Source: the human T2T-CHM13v2.0 reference genome, Homo sapiens
Direction: 5' to 3' (one strand)
DNA length: 64,000 nt
Assembly (NCBI RefSeq): GCF_009914755.1
Contig: NC_060939.1
Numbering within the stretch: the first letter of the stretch is position 1; each line of letters starts with the position of its first letter. Below are positions 1-17,200 of the stretch, one piece after another. The position numbers were made by a program, and so were the translations under genes. The notes under the pieces were generated by a model that did no database searches, was not told the DNA's origin, and worked only from the letters and a program-made list of their open reading frames with translations.

Positions 1-3000
1 TTCTGTACATAAAATATCAAAGTACACCAGATGTATATTCTATAGTGTACATAAAATATCAAAGTACCCAAACTATACATTATATACTGTACATAAAATA
101 TGAAATTACATCAAAAATATATTATATTAGGTACATAAAATATGAAAGTACATCAAATATAGATTATATACTGTCCATAAAATATCAAAGTACCCAAGGT
201 ATATATTCTATACTGTACAAAAAATATCAAAGTACCCAAAGCATGTATTATATACTGTACATAAAATATGAAAGTACATCAAATATATATTTTATTCTGT
301 ACATAAAATATCAAAGTACACCAGATATATATTCTATAGTGTGCATAAAATAACAAAGTACACACACTATAAATTATATACTGTACATAAAATATGAAAT
401 TACATCAAATATATATTAGGTACATAAAATATGAAAGTACATCAAATATAGATTATATACTGTACATAAAATATCAATGTACCTCAAATATATATTTTAT
501 ACTCTACATGAAATATCAAAGTTCACAAACCATATATTATATACTGTACATATAATATCAAAGTACCCAAGGTATATATTCTATACTGTACAAAAAATAT
601 CAAAGTACCCAAAGCATGTATTATATACTGTACATAAAATATGAAAGTACATCAAATATATATTTTATTCTGTACATAAAATATCAAAGTACACCAGATA
701 TATATTCTATAGTGTACATAAAATATCAAAGTACCCAAACTATACATTATATACTGTACATAAAATATGAAATTACATCAAATATATATTAGGTACATAA
801 AATATGAAAGTACATCAAACATAGATTCTATACTGTACGTAAAATATCAAAGTACCCCAAATATATATTATATACTGTACATGAAATATCAAAGTTCACA
901 AACTATATATTATATACTGTACATAAAATATCAAAGTACCCAAGGTATATATTCTATACTGTACAAAAAATATCAAAGTACCCAAAGCATGTATTATATA
1001 CTGTACATAAAATATGAAAGTACTTCAAATATATATTTTATTCTGTACATAAAATATCAAAGTACACCAGATATATATTTTATAGTGTACATAAAATATC
1101 AAAGTACCCAAACTATACATTACATACTGAACATAAAATATGCAATTGCATCAAATACATATTATATTAGGTACATTAAATATGAAAGTACATCAAATAT
1201 AGATTATATACTGTACATAAAATATCAAAGAACCCCAAATATATAGTATATACTGTACATGAAATATCAAAGTTCACACACTATATATTATATACTGTAC
1301 ATAAGATACCAAAGTACCCAAGGTATATATTCTATACTGTACAAAAAATATCAAAGTACCCAAAGCATGTATTATATACTGTACATAAAATATGAAAGTA
1401 CATCAAATGTATATTTTATTCTGTACATAAAATATCAAAGTACACCAAATATATATTCCATAGTGTACATAAAATATCAAAGTACCCAAACTATACATTA
1501 TATACTGTACATAAAATATGAAATTAGGTCAAATATATATTATATTAGGTACATAAAATTTGAAAGTACGTCAAATATAGATTATCTATTGTACATAAAA
1601 TATCAAAGTACCGCAAATATACATTATATACTCTACATGAAATATCAAAATACACAAACTATATATTATATACTGTACATAAAATATCAAAGTACTCAAG
1701 GTATGTATTCTATACTGTACAAAAAATATCAAAGTTCCCAAAGCAAGTATTATATACCATACATAAAATATGAAAGTACATCAAATATATATTTTATTCT
1801 GTACATAAAATATGAAAGTACACAAGATCTATATTTTATAGTGTACATAAAATATCAAAGTACACAAACTATACATTATGTACTGTACATAAAATATGAA
1901 ATTTCATCAAGTATATATTAGGTACATAAAATATGAAAGTACATCAAATATAGATTATATACTATACATAAAATATCAAAGTACACCAAATATATATTAT
2001 ATACTGTATATGAAATATAAAAGTGCACAAACTATATATTATATACTATACATATAATATCAAAGTACCCAAGGTATATATTCTATACTGTACAAAAAAT
2101 ATCAAAGTACCCAAAGCATGTATTATATACTGTACCTAATATATGAAAGTACATCAATTATATATTTTATTCTGTACATAAAATATCAAAGTACACCAGA
2201 TATATATTCTGTAGTGTACATAAAATATCAAAGTACCCAAACTATGCATTATATACTGTACATAAAATATGAAATTACATCAAATATATATTAGGTACAT
2301 AAAATATGAAAGTACATCAAATATAGATTATATACTGTACATAAAATATCAAAGTACCCCAAATATATATTATATACTCTACATGAAATATCAAAGTTCA
2401 CAAACTATATATTATATACTGTACATAAAATATCAAAGTACCCAAGGTATATATTCTATACTGTACAAAAAATATCAAAGAACCCAAACCATGTATTATA
2501 TACTGTACATAAAATAAGAAAGTATATCAAATATATATTTTATTCTGTACATAAAATATCAAAGTACACCAGATATATATTCTATAGTGTACATAAAATA
2601 ACAAAGTACACAAACTATAAATTATATACTGTACATAATATATGAAATTACATCAAATATATATTAGGTACATAAAATATGAAAGTACATCAAATATAGA
2701 TTATATACTGTACATAAAATATCAATGTACCCCAAATATATATTTTATACTCTACATGAAATATCAAAGTTCACAAACCATATATTATATACTGTACATA
2801 AAATATCAAAGTACCCAAGGTATATATTCTATACTGTACAAAAAATATCAAAGTACCCGAAGCATGTATTATATACTGTACATAAAATATGAAAGTACAT
2901 CAATTATATATTTTATTCTGTACATAAAATATCAAAGTACACCAGATATATATTCTATAGTGTACATAAAATATCAAAGTACCCAAACTATGCATTATAT

Positions 3001-5229
3001 ACTGTACATAAAATATGAAATTACATCAAATATATATTAGGTACATAAAATATGAAAGTACATGAAATATAGATTATATACTGTACATAAAATATCAAAG
3101 TAACCCAAATATATTTTATATACTCTACATGAAATATCAAAGTTCACACACTATATATTTTATACTGTACATAAAATATCAAAGTACCGAAGGTATATAT
3201 TCTATACTGTACAAAAAATATCAACAAACCCAAACCATGTATTATATACTGTACATAAAATATGAAATACATCAAATATAGATTCTATACTGTACATATA
3301 ATATCAATGTACCCCAAATATATATTTTATACTCTACCTGAAATATCAAAGTTCACAAACCATATATTATATACTGTACATAAAATGTCAAAGTACCCTA
3401 GGAATATATTCTATACTGTACAAATAATATCAAAGTACCAAAGCATGTATTATATACTGTACATAAAATATGAAAGTACATCAAATATATATTATATTCT
3501 GTACATAAAATATCAAAGTACACCAGATATATATTCTATAGTGTACATAAAATATCAAAGTACCCAAACTATGCATTATATACTGTACATAAAATATGAA
3601 ATTACATCAAATATATATTAGGTACATAAAATATGAAAGTACATCAAATATAGATTCTATACTGTACATATAATATCAATGTACCCCAAATATATATTTT
3701 CTACTCTACATGAAATATCAAAGTTCACAAACCATATATTATATACTGTACATAAAATGTCAAAGTACCCTAGGTATATATTCTATACTGTACAAATAAT
3801 ATCAAAGTACCAAAGCATGTATTATATACTGTACATAAAATATGAAAGTACATCAAATATATATTTTATTCTGTACATAAAATATCAAAGTACACCAGAT
3901 ATATAATCTATAGTGTACATAAAATATCAAAGTTCCCAAACTATACATTATATAATGTACATAAAATATGAAATTACATCAAATATATATTAGGTACATA
4001 AAATATGAAAGCACATCAAATATAGATTATATACTGTACATAAAATATCAAAGTACCCCAAATATATTTTATATACTGTACATGAAATATCAAATTTCAC
4101 AAACTATATATTATATACTGTACATAAAATATCAAAGTACCCAAGGTATATATTCTATACTGTACAAAAAATATCAAAGTACCCAAAGCATGTATTATAT
4201 GCTGTACATAAAATATGAAAGTACATCAAATATGTATTTTATTCTGTACATAGAATATCAAAGTACACCAGATATATATTCTATAGTGTACATAAAATAA
4301 CAAAGTACACAAACTATACATTATATACTGTACATAAAATATGAAATTACATCAAATATATATTAGGTACATAAAATATGAAAGTACATCAAATATAGAT
4401 TATATACTGTACATAAAATATCAATGTACCCCAAATATATATTTTATACTCTACTTGAAATATCAGAGTTCACAAACCATATATTATATACTGTACATAA
4501 AATATCAAAGTACCCAAGGTATATATTCTATACTGTACAAAAAATGTCAAAGTACCCAAGGCATGTATTATATACTGTACATAAAATATGAAAGTACATC
4601 TATTATATATTTTATTCTGTACATAAAATATCAAAGTACACCAGATATATATTCTATAGTGTACATAAAATATCAAAGTACCCAAACTATACATTATATA
4701 CTGTACATAAAATATGGAATTACATCAAATATATATTATATTAGGTACATAAAATATGAAAGTACATCAAATATAGATTATATACTGTACATAAAATATC
4801 AAAGTACCCCAAATATATATTATATACTGTACATGAAATATCAAAGTTCACAAACCATATATTATATACTGTACATAAAATATCAAAGTACCCAAGGTAT
4901 ATATTCTATACTGTACAAGAAATATCAAAATACCAAAAGCATGTATTATATACTGTAGATAAAGTATGAAATTACATCAAATATATATATTATTCTGTAC
5001 ATAAAATATCAAAGTACACCAGATATATATTCTATAGTGTACATAATATATCAAATTACCCGAACTATACGTTATATACTGTACATAAAATATGAAATTA
5101 CATCAAATATATATTAGGTACATAAAATATGAAAGTACATCAAATATACATTATATACTGTACGTAAAATATCAAAGTACCCCAAATATATATTATATAC
5201 TGTACATAAAATAGCAAAGTACCCAAGGT

Positions 5230-8200
5230 ATATATTCTATCCCGTACAAAAAATATCAAAGTACCCAAAGCATGTATTATAAACTGTATATAAAATATGA
5301 AAGTACATCAAATATATATTTTATTCTGTACATAAAATATCAAGGTACACCAGATATATATTCTATAGTGTACATAAAATAACAAAGTACAAAAACTATA
5401 AATTATATACTGTACATAAAATATGAAATTACATCAAATATATATTAGGTACATAAAATATGAAAGTACATCAAATATAGATTATATACTGTACATAAAA
5501 TATCAATGTACCACAAATATATATTTTATACTCTACATGAAATATCAAAGTTCACAAACCATATATTATATACTGTACATAAAATATCAAAGTACCCAAG
5601 GTATATATTCTATACTGTACAAAAAATATCAAAGTACCCAAAGCATGTATTATATACTGTACATAAAATATGAAAGTACATCAAATATATATTTTATTCT
5701 GTACATAAAATATCAAAGTACACCAGATATATATTCTATAGTGTACATAAAATATCAAAGTACCCAAACTATACATTATATACTGTACATAAAATATGAA
5801 ATTACATCAAATATATATTATATTAGGTACATAAAATATGAAAGTACATCAAATATAGATTATATACTGTACATTAAATACCAAAGTACCCCAAATATAT
5901 ATTTTATACTGTACATGAAATATCAAAGTTCACAAACCATACATTATATACTGTACATAAAATATCAAAGTACCCAAGGTATATATTCTATACTGTACAA
6001 AAAATATCTGAGTACCCAAGGCATGTATTATATACTGCACATAAAATATGAAAGTACATCAAATATATATTTTATTCTGTATATAAAATATCAAAGTACA
6101 CCAGATATATATTCTATAGTGTACATAAAATATCAAAGTACCCAAACTATACATTATATACTGTACATAAAATATGAAATTACATCAAATATATATTAGG
6201 TACATAAAATATGAAAGTACATCAAATATAGATTATATACTGTACATAAAATATCAAAGTACCCCAAATATATATTATATACTCTACATGAAATATCAAA
6301 GTTCACAAACTATATATTATATACTGTACATAAAATATCAAAGTACCCAAGGTATATATTCTATATTGTACAAAAAATATCAAAGTACCCAAAGCATCTA
6401 TTATATACTGTATATAAAATATGAAAGTACATCAAATATATATTTTATTCTGTACATAAAATATCAAAGTACACCAGATATATATTCTAGAGTGTACAAA
6501 AAATATCAAAGTACCCAAACTATACATTATATACTGTACATAAAATATGAAATTACATCAAATATGTATTATATTAGGTACATAAAATATGAAAGTACAT
6601 CAAATATAGATTATATACTGTACATTAAATACCAAAGTACCCCAAATATATATTTTATACTGTACATGAAATATCAAAGTTCACAAACTATATATTTTAT
6701 ACTGTACATAAAATATCAAAGTACCCAAGGTATATATTCTATACTGTACAAAAAATATCAAAGTACCCAAAGCATGTATTATATACTGTACATTAAATAT
6801 GAAAGTACATCAAATATATATTTTATTCTGTACATAAAATTTCAAAGTACACCAGATATATATTCTATAGTGTACATAAAATATCAAAGTACCCAAACTA
6901 TACATTATATACTGTACATAAAATATGAAATTACATCAAATATATATTATATTAGGTACATAAAATATGAAAGCACATCAAATATAGATTATATACTGTA
7001 CATTAAATACCAAAGTACCCCAAATATATATTTTATACTGTACATGAAATATCAAAGTTCACAAACTATATATTATATACTGTACATAAAATATCAAAGT
7101 ACCCAAGGTATATATTCTATACTGTACAAAAAATATCAAAGTACCCAAAGCATGTATTATAAACTGTACATAAAATATGAAAGTACATCAACTATATATT
7201 TTATTCTGTACATAAAATATCAAAGTACACCAGAGATATATTCTATAGTGTACATAAAATATCAAAGTACCCAAAGTATACATTATATACTGTACATAAA
7301 ATATGAAATTACATCAAATATATATTATATTAGGTACATAAAATATGAAAGTACATCAAATATAGATTATATACTGTACATAAAATATCAAAGTACCCAA
7401 ATATATATTATATACTCTACAGGAAATATCAAAGTTCACACACTATATATTATATACTGTACATAAAATATCAAAGTACCCAAGGTATATATTCTATACT
7501 GTACAAAAAATATCAAAGTACCCAAAGCATGTATTATATACTGTATGTAAAATATGAAATTACATCAAATATATATTTTATTCTGTACATAAAATATCAA
7601 AGTACACCAGATATATATTCTATAGTGTACATAAAATAACAAAGTACACAAACTATAAATTATATACTGTACATAAAATATGAAATTACATCAAATATAT
7701 ATTAGGTACATAAAATATGAAAGTACATCAAATATAGATTATATACTGTACATAAAATATCAATGTACCCCAAATATATATTATATACTCTAGAGGAAAT
7801 ATCAAAGTTCACAAACCATATATTATATACTGTACATAAAATATCAAAGTACTCAAGGTATATATTCTATATTGTACAAAAAATATCAAAGTACCCAAAG
7901 CATGTATTATATACTGTATATAAAATATGAAAGTACATCAAATATATATTTTATTCTGTACATAAAATATCAAAGTACACCAGATATATATTCTATAGTG
8001 TACATAAAATAACAAAGTACACAAACTATAAATTATATACTGTACATAAAATATGAAATTACATCAAATATATATTAGGTACATAAAATATTAAAGTACA
8101 TCAAATATAGATTATATACTGTACATAAAATACCAAAGTACCCCAAATATATATTATATACTGTACATGAAATATCAAAGTTCACAAACTATATATTATA

Positions 8201-11200
8201 TACTGTACATAAAATATCAAAGTACCCAAGGTATATATTCTATACTGTACAAAAAATATCAAAGTACCCAAAGCATGTATTATATACTGTACATAAAATA
8301 TGAAAGTACATCAAATATATATTTTATTCTGTACATAAAATATCAAAGTACACCAGATATATATTCTATAGTGTACATAAAATATCAAAGTACCCAAACT
8401 ATACATTATATACTGTTCATAAAATATGAAATTACATCAAATATATATTATATTAGGTACATAAAATATGAAAGTACATCAAATATAGATTATATACTGT
8501 ACATTAAATACCAAAGTACCCCAAATCTATATTTTATACTGTACATGAAATATCAAAGTTCACCAACTATATAGTATATACTGTACATATAATATCAAAG
8601 TACCCAAGGTATATATTCTATACTGTACAAAAAATAACAAAGTACCAAAAGCATGTATTATATACTGTACCTAAAATATGAAAGTACATCAAATATATAT
8701 TTTATTCTGTACATAAAATATCAAAGTACACCAGATATATATTCTATAGTGTACATAAAATATCAAAGTAACCCAACTATACATTATATACTGTACATAA
8801 AATATGAAATTACATCAAATATATATTAGGTACATAAAATATGAAAGTACATCAAATATAGATTATATACTGTACATAAAATATCAATGTACCCCAAATA
8901 TATATTATATGCTCTACAGGAAATATCAAAGTTCACACACTATATATTATATACTGTACATAAAATATCAAAGTACCCAAGGTATATATTCTATACTGTA
9001 CAAAAAATATCAAAGTACCCACAGCATGTATTATATACTTTATGTAAAATATGAAATTACATCAAATATATATTTTATTCTGTACATAAAATATCAAAGT
9101 ACACCAGATATATATTCTATAGTGTATATAAAATAACAAAGTACACAAACTATAAATTATATACTGTACATAAAATATGAAATTACATCAAATATATATT
9201 AGGTACATAAAATATGAAAGTACATCAAATATAGATTATATACTGTACATAAAATATCAATGTACCCCAAATATATATTATATACTCTACTGGAAATATC
9301 AAAGTTCACAAACCATATATTATATACTGTACATAAAATATCAAAGTACCCAAGGTATATATTCTATACTGTACAAAAAATATCAAAGTACCCAAAGCAT
9401 GTATTATATACTGTATATAAAATATGAAAGTACATCAAATATATATTTTATTCTGTACATAAAATATCAAAGTACACCAGATATATATTCTATAGTGTAC
9501 ATAAAATAACAAAGTACACAAACTATAAATTATATACTGTACATAAAATATGAAATTACATCATATATATAGTAGGTACATAAAATATGAAAGTACATCA
9601 AATATAGATTATATACTGTACATAAAATATCAAAGTACCCCAAATATATATTATATACTGTACATGAAATATCAAAGTTCACAAACTATATATTATATAC
9701 TGTACATAAAATATCAAAGTACCCAAGGTATATATTCTATACTGTACAAAAAATATCAAAGTACCCAAAGCATGTATTATATACTGTACATAAAATATGA
9801 AAGTACATCAAATATATATTTTATTCTGTACATAAAATATCAAAGTACACCAGATATATATTCTATAGTGTACAAAAAATATCAAAATACCCAAACTATA
9901 CATTATATACTGTACATAAAATATGAAATTACATCAAATATATATTAGGTACATAAAATATGAAAGTACATCAAATATAGATTATATACTGTACATAAAA
10001 TATCAAAGTACCCCAAATATATATTATATACTGTACATGAAATATCAAAGTTCACAAACTATATATTATATACTGTACATAAAATATCAAAGTACCCAAG
10101 GTATATATTCTATACTGTACAAAAAATATCAAAGTACCCAAAGCATGTATTACATACTGTACATAAAATATGAAAGTACATCAAATATATATTTTATTCT
10201 GTACATAAAATATCAAAGTACACCAGATATATATTCTATAGTGTACATAAAATATCAAAGTACCCAAACTATACATTATATACTGTACATAAAATATGAA
10301 ATTACATCAAATATATATTATATTAGGTACATAAAATATGAAAGTACATCAAATATAGATTATATACTGTACATTAAATACCAAAGTACCCCAAATCTAT
10401 ATTTTATACTGTACATGAAATATCAAAGTTCACAAACTATATATTATATACTGTACATATAATATCAAAGTACCCAAGGTATATATTCTATACTGTACAA
10501 AAAATAACAAAGTACCAAAAGCATGTATTATATACTGTACCTAAAATATGAAAGTACATCAAATATATATTTTATTCTGTACATAAAATATCAAAGTATA
10601 CCAGATATATATTCTATAGTGTACATAAAATATCAAAGTACCCAAACTATAAATTATATACTGTACATAAAATATGAAATTACATCAAATATATATTAGG
10701 TACATAAAATATGAAAGTACATCAAATATAGATTATATACTGTACATAAAATATCAATGTACCCCAAATATATATTTTATACTCGACATGAAATATCAAA
10801 GTTCACAAACCATATATTATATACTGTAGATAAAATATCAAAGTACCCAAGGTATATATTCTATACTGTACAAAAAATATCAAAGTACCCAAAGCATGTA
10901 TTATATACTGTACATAAAATATGAAATTACATCAAATATATTTTTTATTCTGTATATAAAATATCAAAGTACACCAGATATATATTCTATAGTGTACATA
11001 AAATATCAAAGTACACAAACTATACATTATATACTGTACATAAAATATGAAATTACATCAAATATATATTATATTAGGTACATAAAATATGAAAGTACAT
11101 CAAATATAGATTATATACTGTACATAAAATATCAAAGTACCCCAAATATATATTATATACTCTACAGGAAATATCAAAGTTCACACACTATATATTATAT

Positions 11201-14200
11201 ACTGTACATAAAATATCAAAGTACCCAAGGTATATATTCTATACTGTACAAAAAATATCAAAGTACGCAAAGCATGTATTATATACTGTACATAAAATAT
11301 GAAAATACATTAAATATATATTTTATTCTGTACATAAAATATCAAAGTACACCAGATATATATACTATAGTGTACATAAAATATCAAAGTACCCAAACTA
11401 TACATTATATACTGTACATAAAATATGAAATTACATCAAATATATATTAGGTACATAAAATATGAAAGTACATCAAACATAGATTATATACTGTACATAA
11501 AATATGAAAGTACCCGAAATATATATTATATACCGTACATGAAATATCAAAGTTCACAAACTATATATTATATACTGTACATAAAATATCACAGTATCCA
11601 AGGTATATATTCTATCCCGTACAAAAAATATCAAAGTACCCAAAGCATGTATTATATACTGTATATAAAATATGAAAGTACATCAAATATATATTTTATT
11701 CTGTACATAAAATATCAAGGTACACCAGATATATATTCTATAGTGTACATAAAATAACAAAGTACAAAAACTATAAATTATATACTGTACATAAAATATG
11801 AAATTACATCAAATATATATTAGGTACATAAAATATGAAAGTACATCAAATATAGATTATATACTGTACATAAAATATCAATGTACCACAAATATATATT
11901 TTATACTCTACATGAAATATCAAAGTTCACAAACCATATATTATATACTGTACATAAAATATCAAAGTACCCAAGGTATATATTCTATACTGTACAAAAA
12001 ATATCAAAGTACCCAAAGCATGTATTATATACTGTACATAAAATATGAAAGTACATCAAATATATATTTTATTCTGTACATAAAATATCAAAGTACACCA
12101 GATATATATTCTATAGTGTACATAAAATATCAAAGTACCCAAACTATACATTATATACTGTACATAAAATATGAAATTACATCAAATATATATTATATTA
12201 GGTACATAAAATATGAAAGTACATCAAATATAGATTATATACTGTACATTAAATACCAAAGTACCCCAAATATATATTTTATACTGTACATGAAATATCA
12301 AAGTTCACAAACCATACATTATATACTGTACATAAAATATCAAAGTACCCAAGGTATATATTCTATACTGTACAAAAAATATCTGAGTACCCAAGGCATG
12401 TATTATATACTGCACATAAAATATGAAAGTACATCAAATATATATTTTATTCTGTATATAAAATATCAAAGTACACCAGATATATATTCTATAGTGTACA
12501 TAAAATATCAAAGTACCCAAACTATACATTATATACTGTACATAAAATATGAAATTACATCAAATATATATTAGGTACATAAAATATGAAAGTACATCAA
12601 ATATAGATTATATACTGTACATAAAATATCAAAGTACCCCAAATATATATTATATACTCTACATGAAATATCAAAGTTCACAAACTATATATTATATACT
12701 GTACATAAAATATCAAAGTACCCAAGGTATATATTCTATATTGTACAAAAAATATCAAAGTACCCAAATCATCTATTATATACTGTATATAAAATATGAA
12801 AGTACATCAAATATATATTTTATTCTGTACATAAAATATCAAAGTACACCAGATATATATTCTAGAGTGTACAAAAAATATCAAAGTACCCAAACTATAC
12901 ATTATATACTGTACATAAAATATGAAATTACATCAAATATGTATTATATTAGGTACATAAAATATGAAAGTACATCAAATATAGATTATATACTGTACAT
13001 TAAATACCAAAGTACCCCAAATATATATTTTATACTGTACATGAAATATCAAAGTTCACAAACTATATATTTTATACTGTACATAAAATATCAAAGTACC
13101 CAAGGTATATATTCTATACTGTACAAAAAATATCAAAGTACCCAAAGCATGTATTATATACTGTACATTAAATATGAAAGTACATCAAATATATATTTTA
13201 TTCTGTACATAAAATTTCAAAGTACACCAGATATATATTCTATAGTGTACATAAAATATCAAAGTACCCAAACTATACATTATATACTGTACATAAAATA
13301 TGAAATTACATCAAATATATATTATATTAGGTACATAAAATATGAAAGCACATCAAATATAGATTATATACTGTACATTAAATACCAAAGTACCCCAAAT
13401 ATATATTTTATACTGTACATGAAATATCAAAGTTCACAAACTATATATTATATACTGTACATAAAATATCAAAGTACCCAAGGTATATATTCTATACTGT
13501 ACAAAAAATATCAAAGTACCCAAAGCATGTATTATAAACTGTACATAAAATATGAAAGTACATCAACTATATATTTTATTCTGTACATAAAATATCAAAG
13601 TACACCAGAGATATATTCTATAGTGTACATAAAATATCAAAGTACCCAAAGTATACATTATATACTGTACATAAAATATGAAATTACATCAAATATATAT
13701 TATATTAGGTACATAAAATATGAAAGTACATCAAATATAGATTATATACTGTACATAAAATATCAAAGTACCCAAATATATATTATATACTCTACAGGAA
13801 ATATCAAAGTTCACACACTATATATTATATACTGTACATAAAATATCAAAGTACCCAAGGTATATATTCTATACTGTACAAAAAATATCAAAGTACCCAA
13901 AGCATGTATTATATACTGTATGTAAAATATGAAATTACATCAAATATATATTTTATTCTGTACATAAAATATCAAAGTACACCAGATATATATTCTATAG
14001 TGTACATAAAATAACAAAGTACACAAACTATAAATTATATACTGTACATAAAATATGAAATTACATCAAATATATATTAGGTACATAAAATATGAAAGTA
14101 CATCAAATATAGATTATATACTGTACATAAAATATCAATGTACCCCAAATATATATTATATACTCTAGAGGAAATATCAAAGTTCACAAACCATATATTA

Positions 14201-17200
14201 TATACTGTACATAAAATAACAAAGTACTCAAGGTATATATTCTATATTGTACAAAAAATATCAAAGTACCCAAAGCATGTATTATATACTGTATATAAAA
14301 TATGAAAGTACATCAAATATATATTTTATTCTGTACATAAAATATCAAAGTACACCAGATATATATTCTATAGTGTACATAAAATAACAAAGTACACAAA
14401 CTATAAATTATATACTGTACATAAAATATGAAATTACATCAAATATATATTAGGTACATAAAATATTAAAGTACATCAAATATAGATTATATACTGTACA
14501 TAAAATACCAAAGTACCCCAAATATATATTATATACTGTACATGAAATATCAAAGTTCACAAACTATATATTATATACTGCACATAAAATATCAAAGTAC
14601 CCAAGGTATATATTCTATACTGTACAAAAAATATCAAAGTACCCAAAGCATGTATTATATACTGTACATAAAATATGAAAGTACATCAAATATATATTTT
14701 ATTCTGTACATAAAATATCAAAGTACACCAGATATATATTCTATAGTGTACATAAAATATCAAAGTACCCAAACTATACATTATATACTGTTCATAAAAT
14801 ATGAAATTACATCAAATATATATTATATTAGGTACATAAAATATGAAAGTACATCAAATATAGATTATATACTGTACATTAAATACCAAAGTACCCCAAA
14901 TCTATATTTTATACTGTACATGAAATATCAAAGTTCACCAACTATATAGTATATACTGTACATATAATATCAAAGTACCCAAGGTATATATTCTATACTG
15001 TACAAAAAATAACAAAGTACCAAAAGCATGTATTATATACTGTACCTAAAATATGAAAGTACATCAAATATATATTTTATTCTGTACATAAAATATCAAA
15101 GTACACCAGATATATATTCTATAGTGTACATAAAATATCAAAGTACCCAAACTATACATTATATACTGTACATAAAATATGAAATTACATCAAATATATA
15201 TTAGGTACATAAAATATGAAAGTACATCAAATATAGATTATATACTGTACATAAAATATCAATGTACCCCAAATATATATTATATGCTCTACAGGAAATA
15301 TCAAAGTTCACACACTATATATTATATACTGTACATAAAATATCAAAGTACCCAAGGTATATATTCTATACTGTACAAAAAATATCAAAGTACCCACAGC
15401 ATGTATTATATACTTTATGTAAAATATGAAATTACATCAAATATATATTTTATTCTGTACATAAAATATCAAAGTACACCAGATATATATTCTATAGTGT
15501 ATATAAAATAACAAAGTACACAAACTATAAATTATATACTGTACATAAAATATGAAATTACATCAAGTATATATTAGGTACATAAAATATGAAAGTACAT
15601 CAAATATAGATTATATACTGTACATAAAATATCAATGTACCCCAAATATATATTATATACTCTACTGGAAATATCAAAGTTCACAAACCATATATTATAT
15701 ACTGTACATAAAATATCAAAGTACCCAAGGTATATATTCTATACTGTACAAAAAATATCAAAGTACCCAAAGCATGTATTATATACTGTATATAAAATAT
15801 GAAAGTACATCAAATATATATTTTATTCTGTACATAAAATATCAAAGTACACCAGATATATATTCTATAGTGTACATAAAATAACAAAGTACACAAACTA
15901 TAAATTATATACTGTACATAAAATATGAAATTACATCATATATATAGTAGGTACATAAAATATGAAAGTACATCAAATATAGATTATATACTGTACATAA
16001 AATATCAAAGTACCCCAAATATATATTATATACTGTACATGAAATATCAAAGTTCACAAACTATATATTATATACTGTACATAAAATATCAAAGTACCCA
16101 AGGTATATATTCTATACTGTACAAAAAATATCAAAGTACCCAAAGCATGTATTATATACTGTACATAAAATATGAAAGTACATCAAATATATATTTTATT
16201 CTGTACATAAAATATCAAAGTACACCAGATATATATTCTATAGTGTACAAAAAATATCAAAATACCCAAACTATACATTATATACTGTACATAAAATATG
16301 AAATTACATCAAATATATATTAGGTACATAAAATATGAAAGTACATCAAATATAGATTATATACTGTACATAAAATATCAAAGTACCCCAAATATATATT
16401 ATATACTGTACATGAAATATCAAAGTTCACAAACTATATATTATATACTGTACATAAAATATCAAAGTACCCAAGGTATATATTCTATACTGTACAAAAA
16501 ATATCAAAGTACCCAAAGCATGTATTACATACTGTACATAAAATATGAAAGTACATCAAATATATATTTTATTCTGTACATAAAATATCAAAGTACACCA
16601 GATATATATTCTATAGTGTACATAAAATATCAAAGTACCCAAACTATACATTATATACTGTACATAAAATATGAAATTACATCAAATATATATTATATTA
16701 GGTACATAAAATATGAAAGTACATCAAATATAGATTATATACTGTACATTAAATACCAAAGTACCCCAAATCTATATTTTATACTGTACATGAAATATCA
16801 AAGTTCACAAACTATATATTATATACTGTACATATAATATCAAAGTACCCAAGGTATATATTCTATACTGTACAAAAAATAACAAAGTACCAAAAGCATG
16901 TATTATATACTGTACCTAAAATATGAAAGTACATCAAATATATATTTTATTCTGTACATAAAATATCAAAGTATACCAGATATATATTCTATAGTGTACA
17001 TAAAATATCAAAGTACCCAAACTATAAATTATATACTGTACATAAAATATGAAATTACATCAAATATATATTAGGTACATAAAATATGAAAGTACATCAA
17101 ATATAGATTATATACTGTACATAAAATATCAATGTACCCCAAATATATATTTTATACTCGACATGAAATATCAAAGTTCACAAACCATATATTATATACT

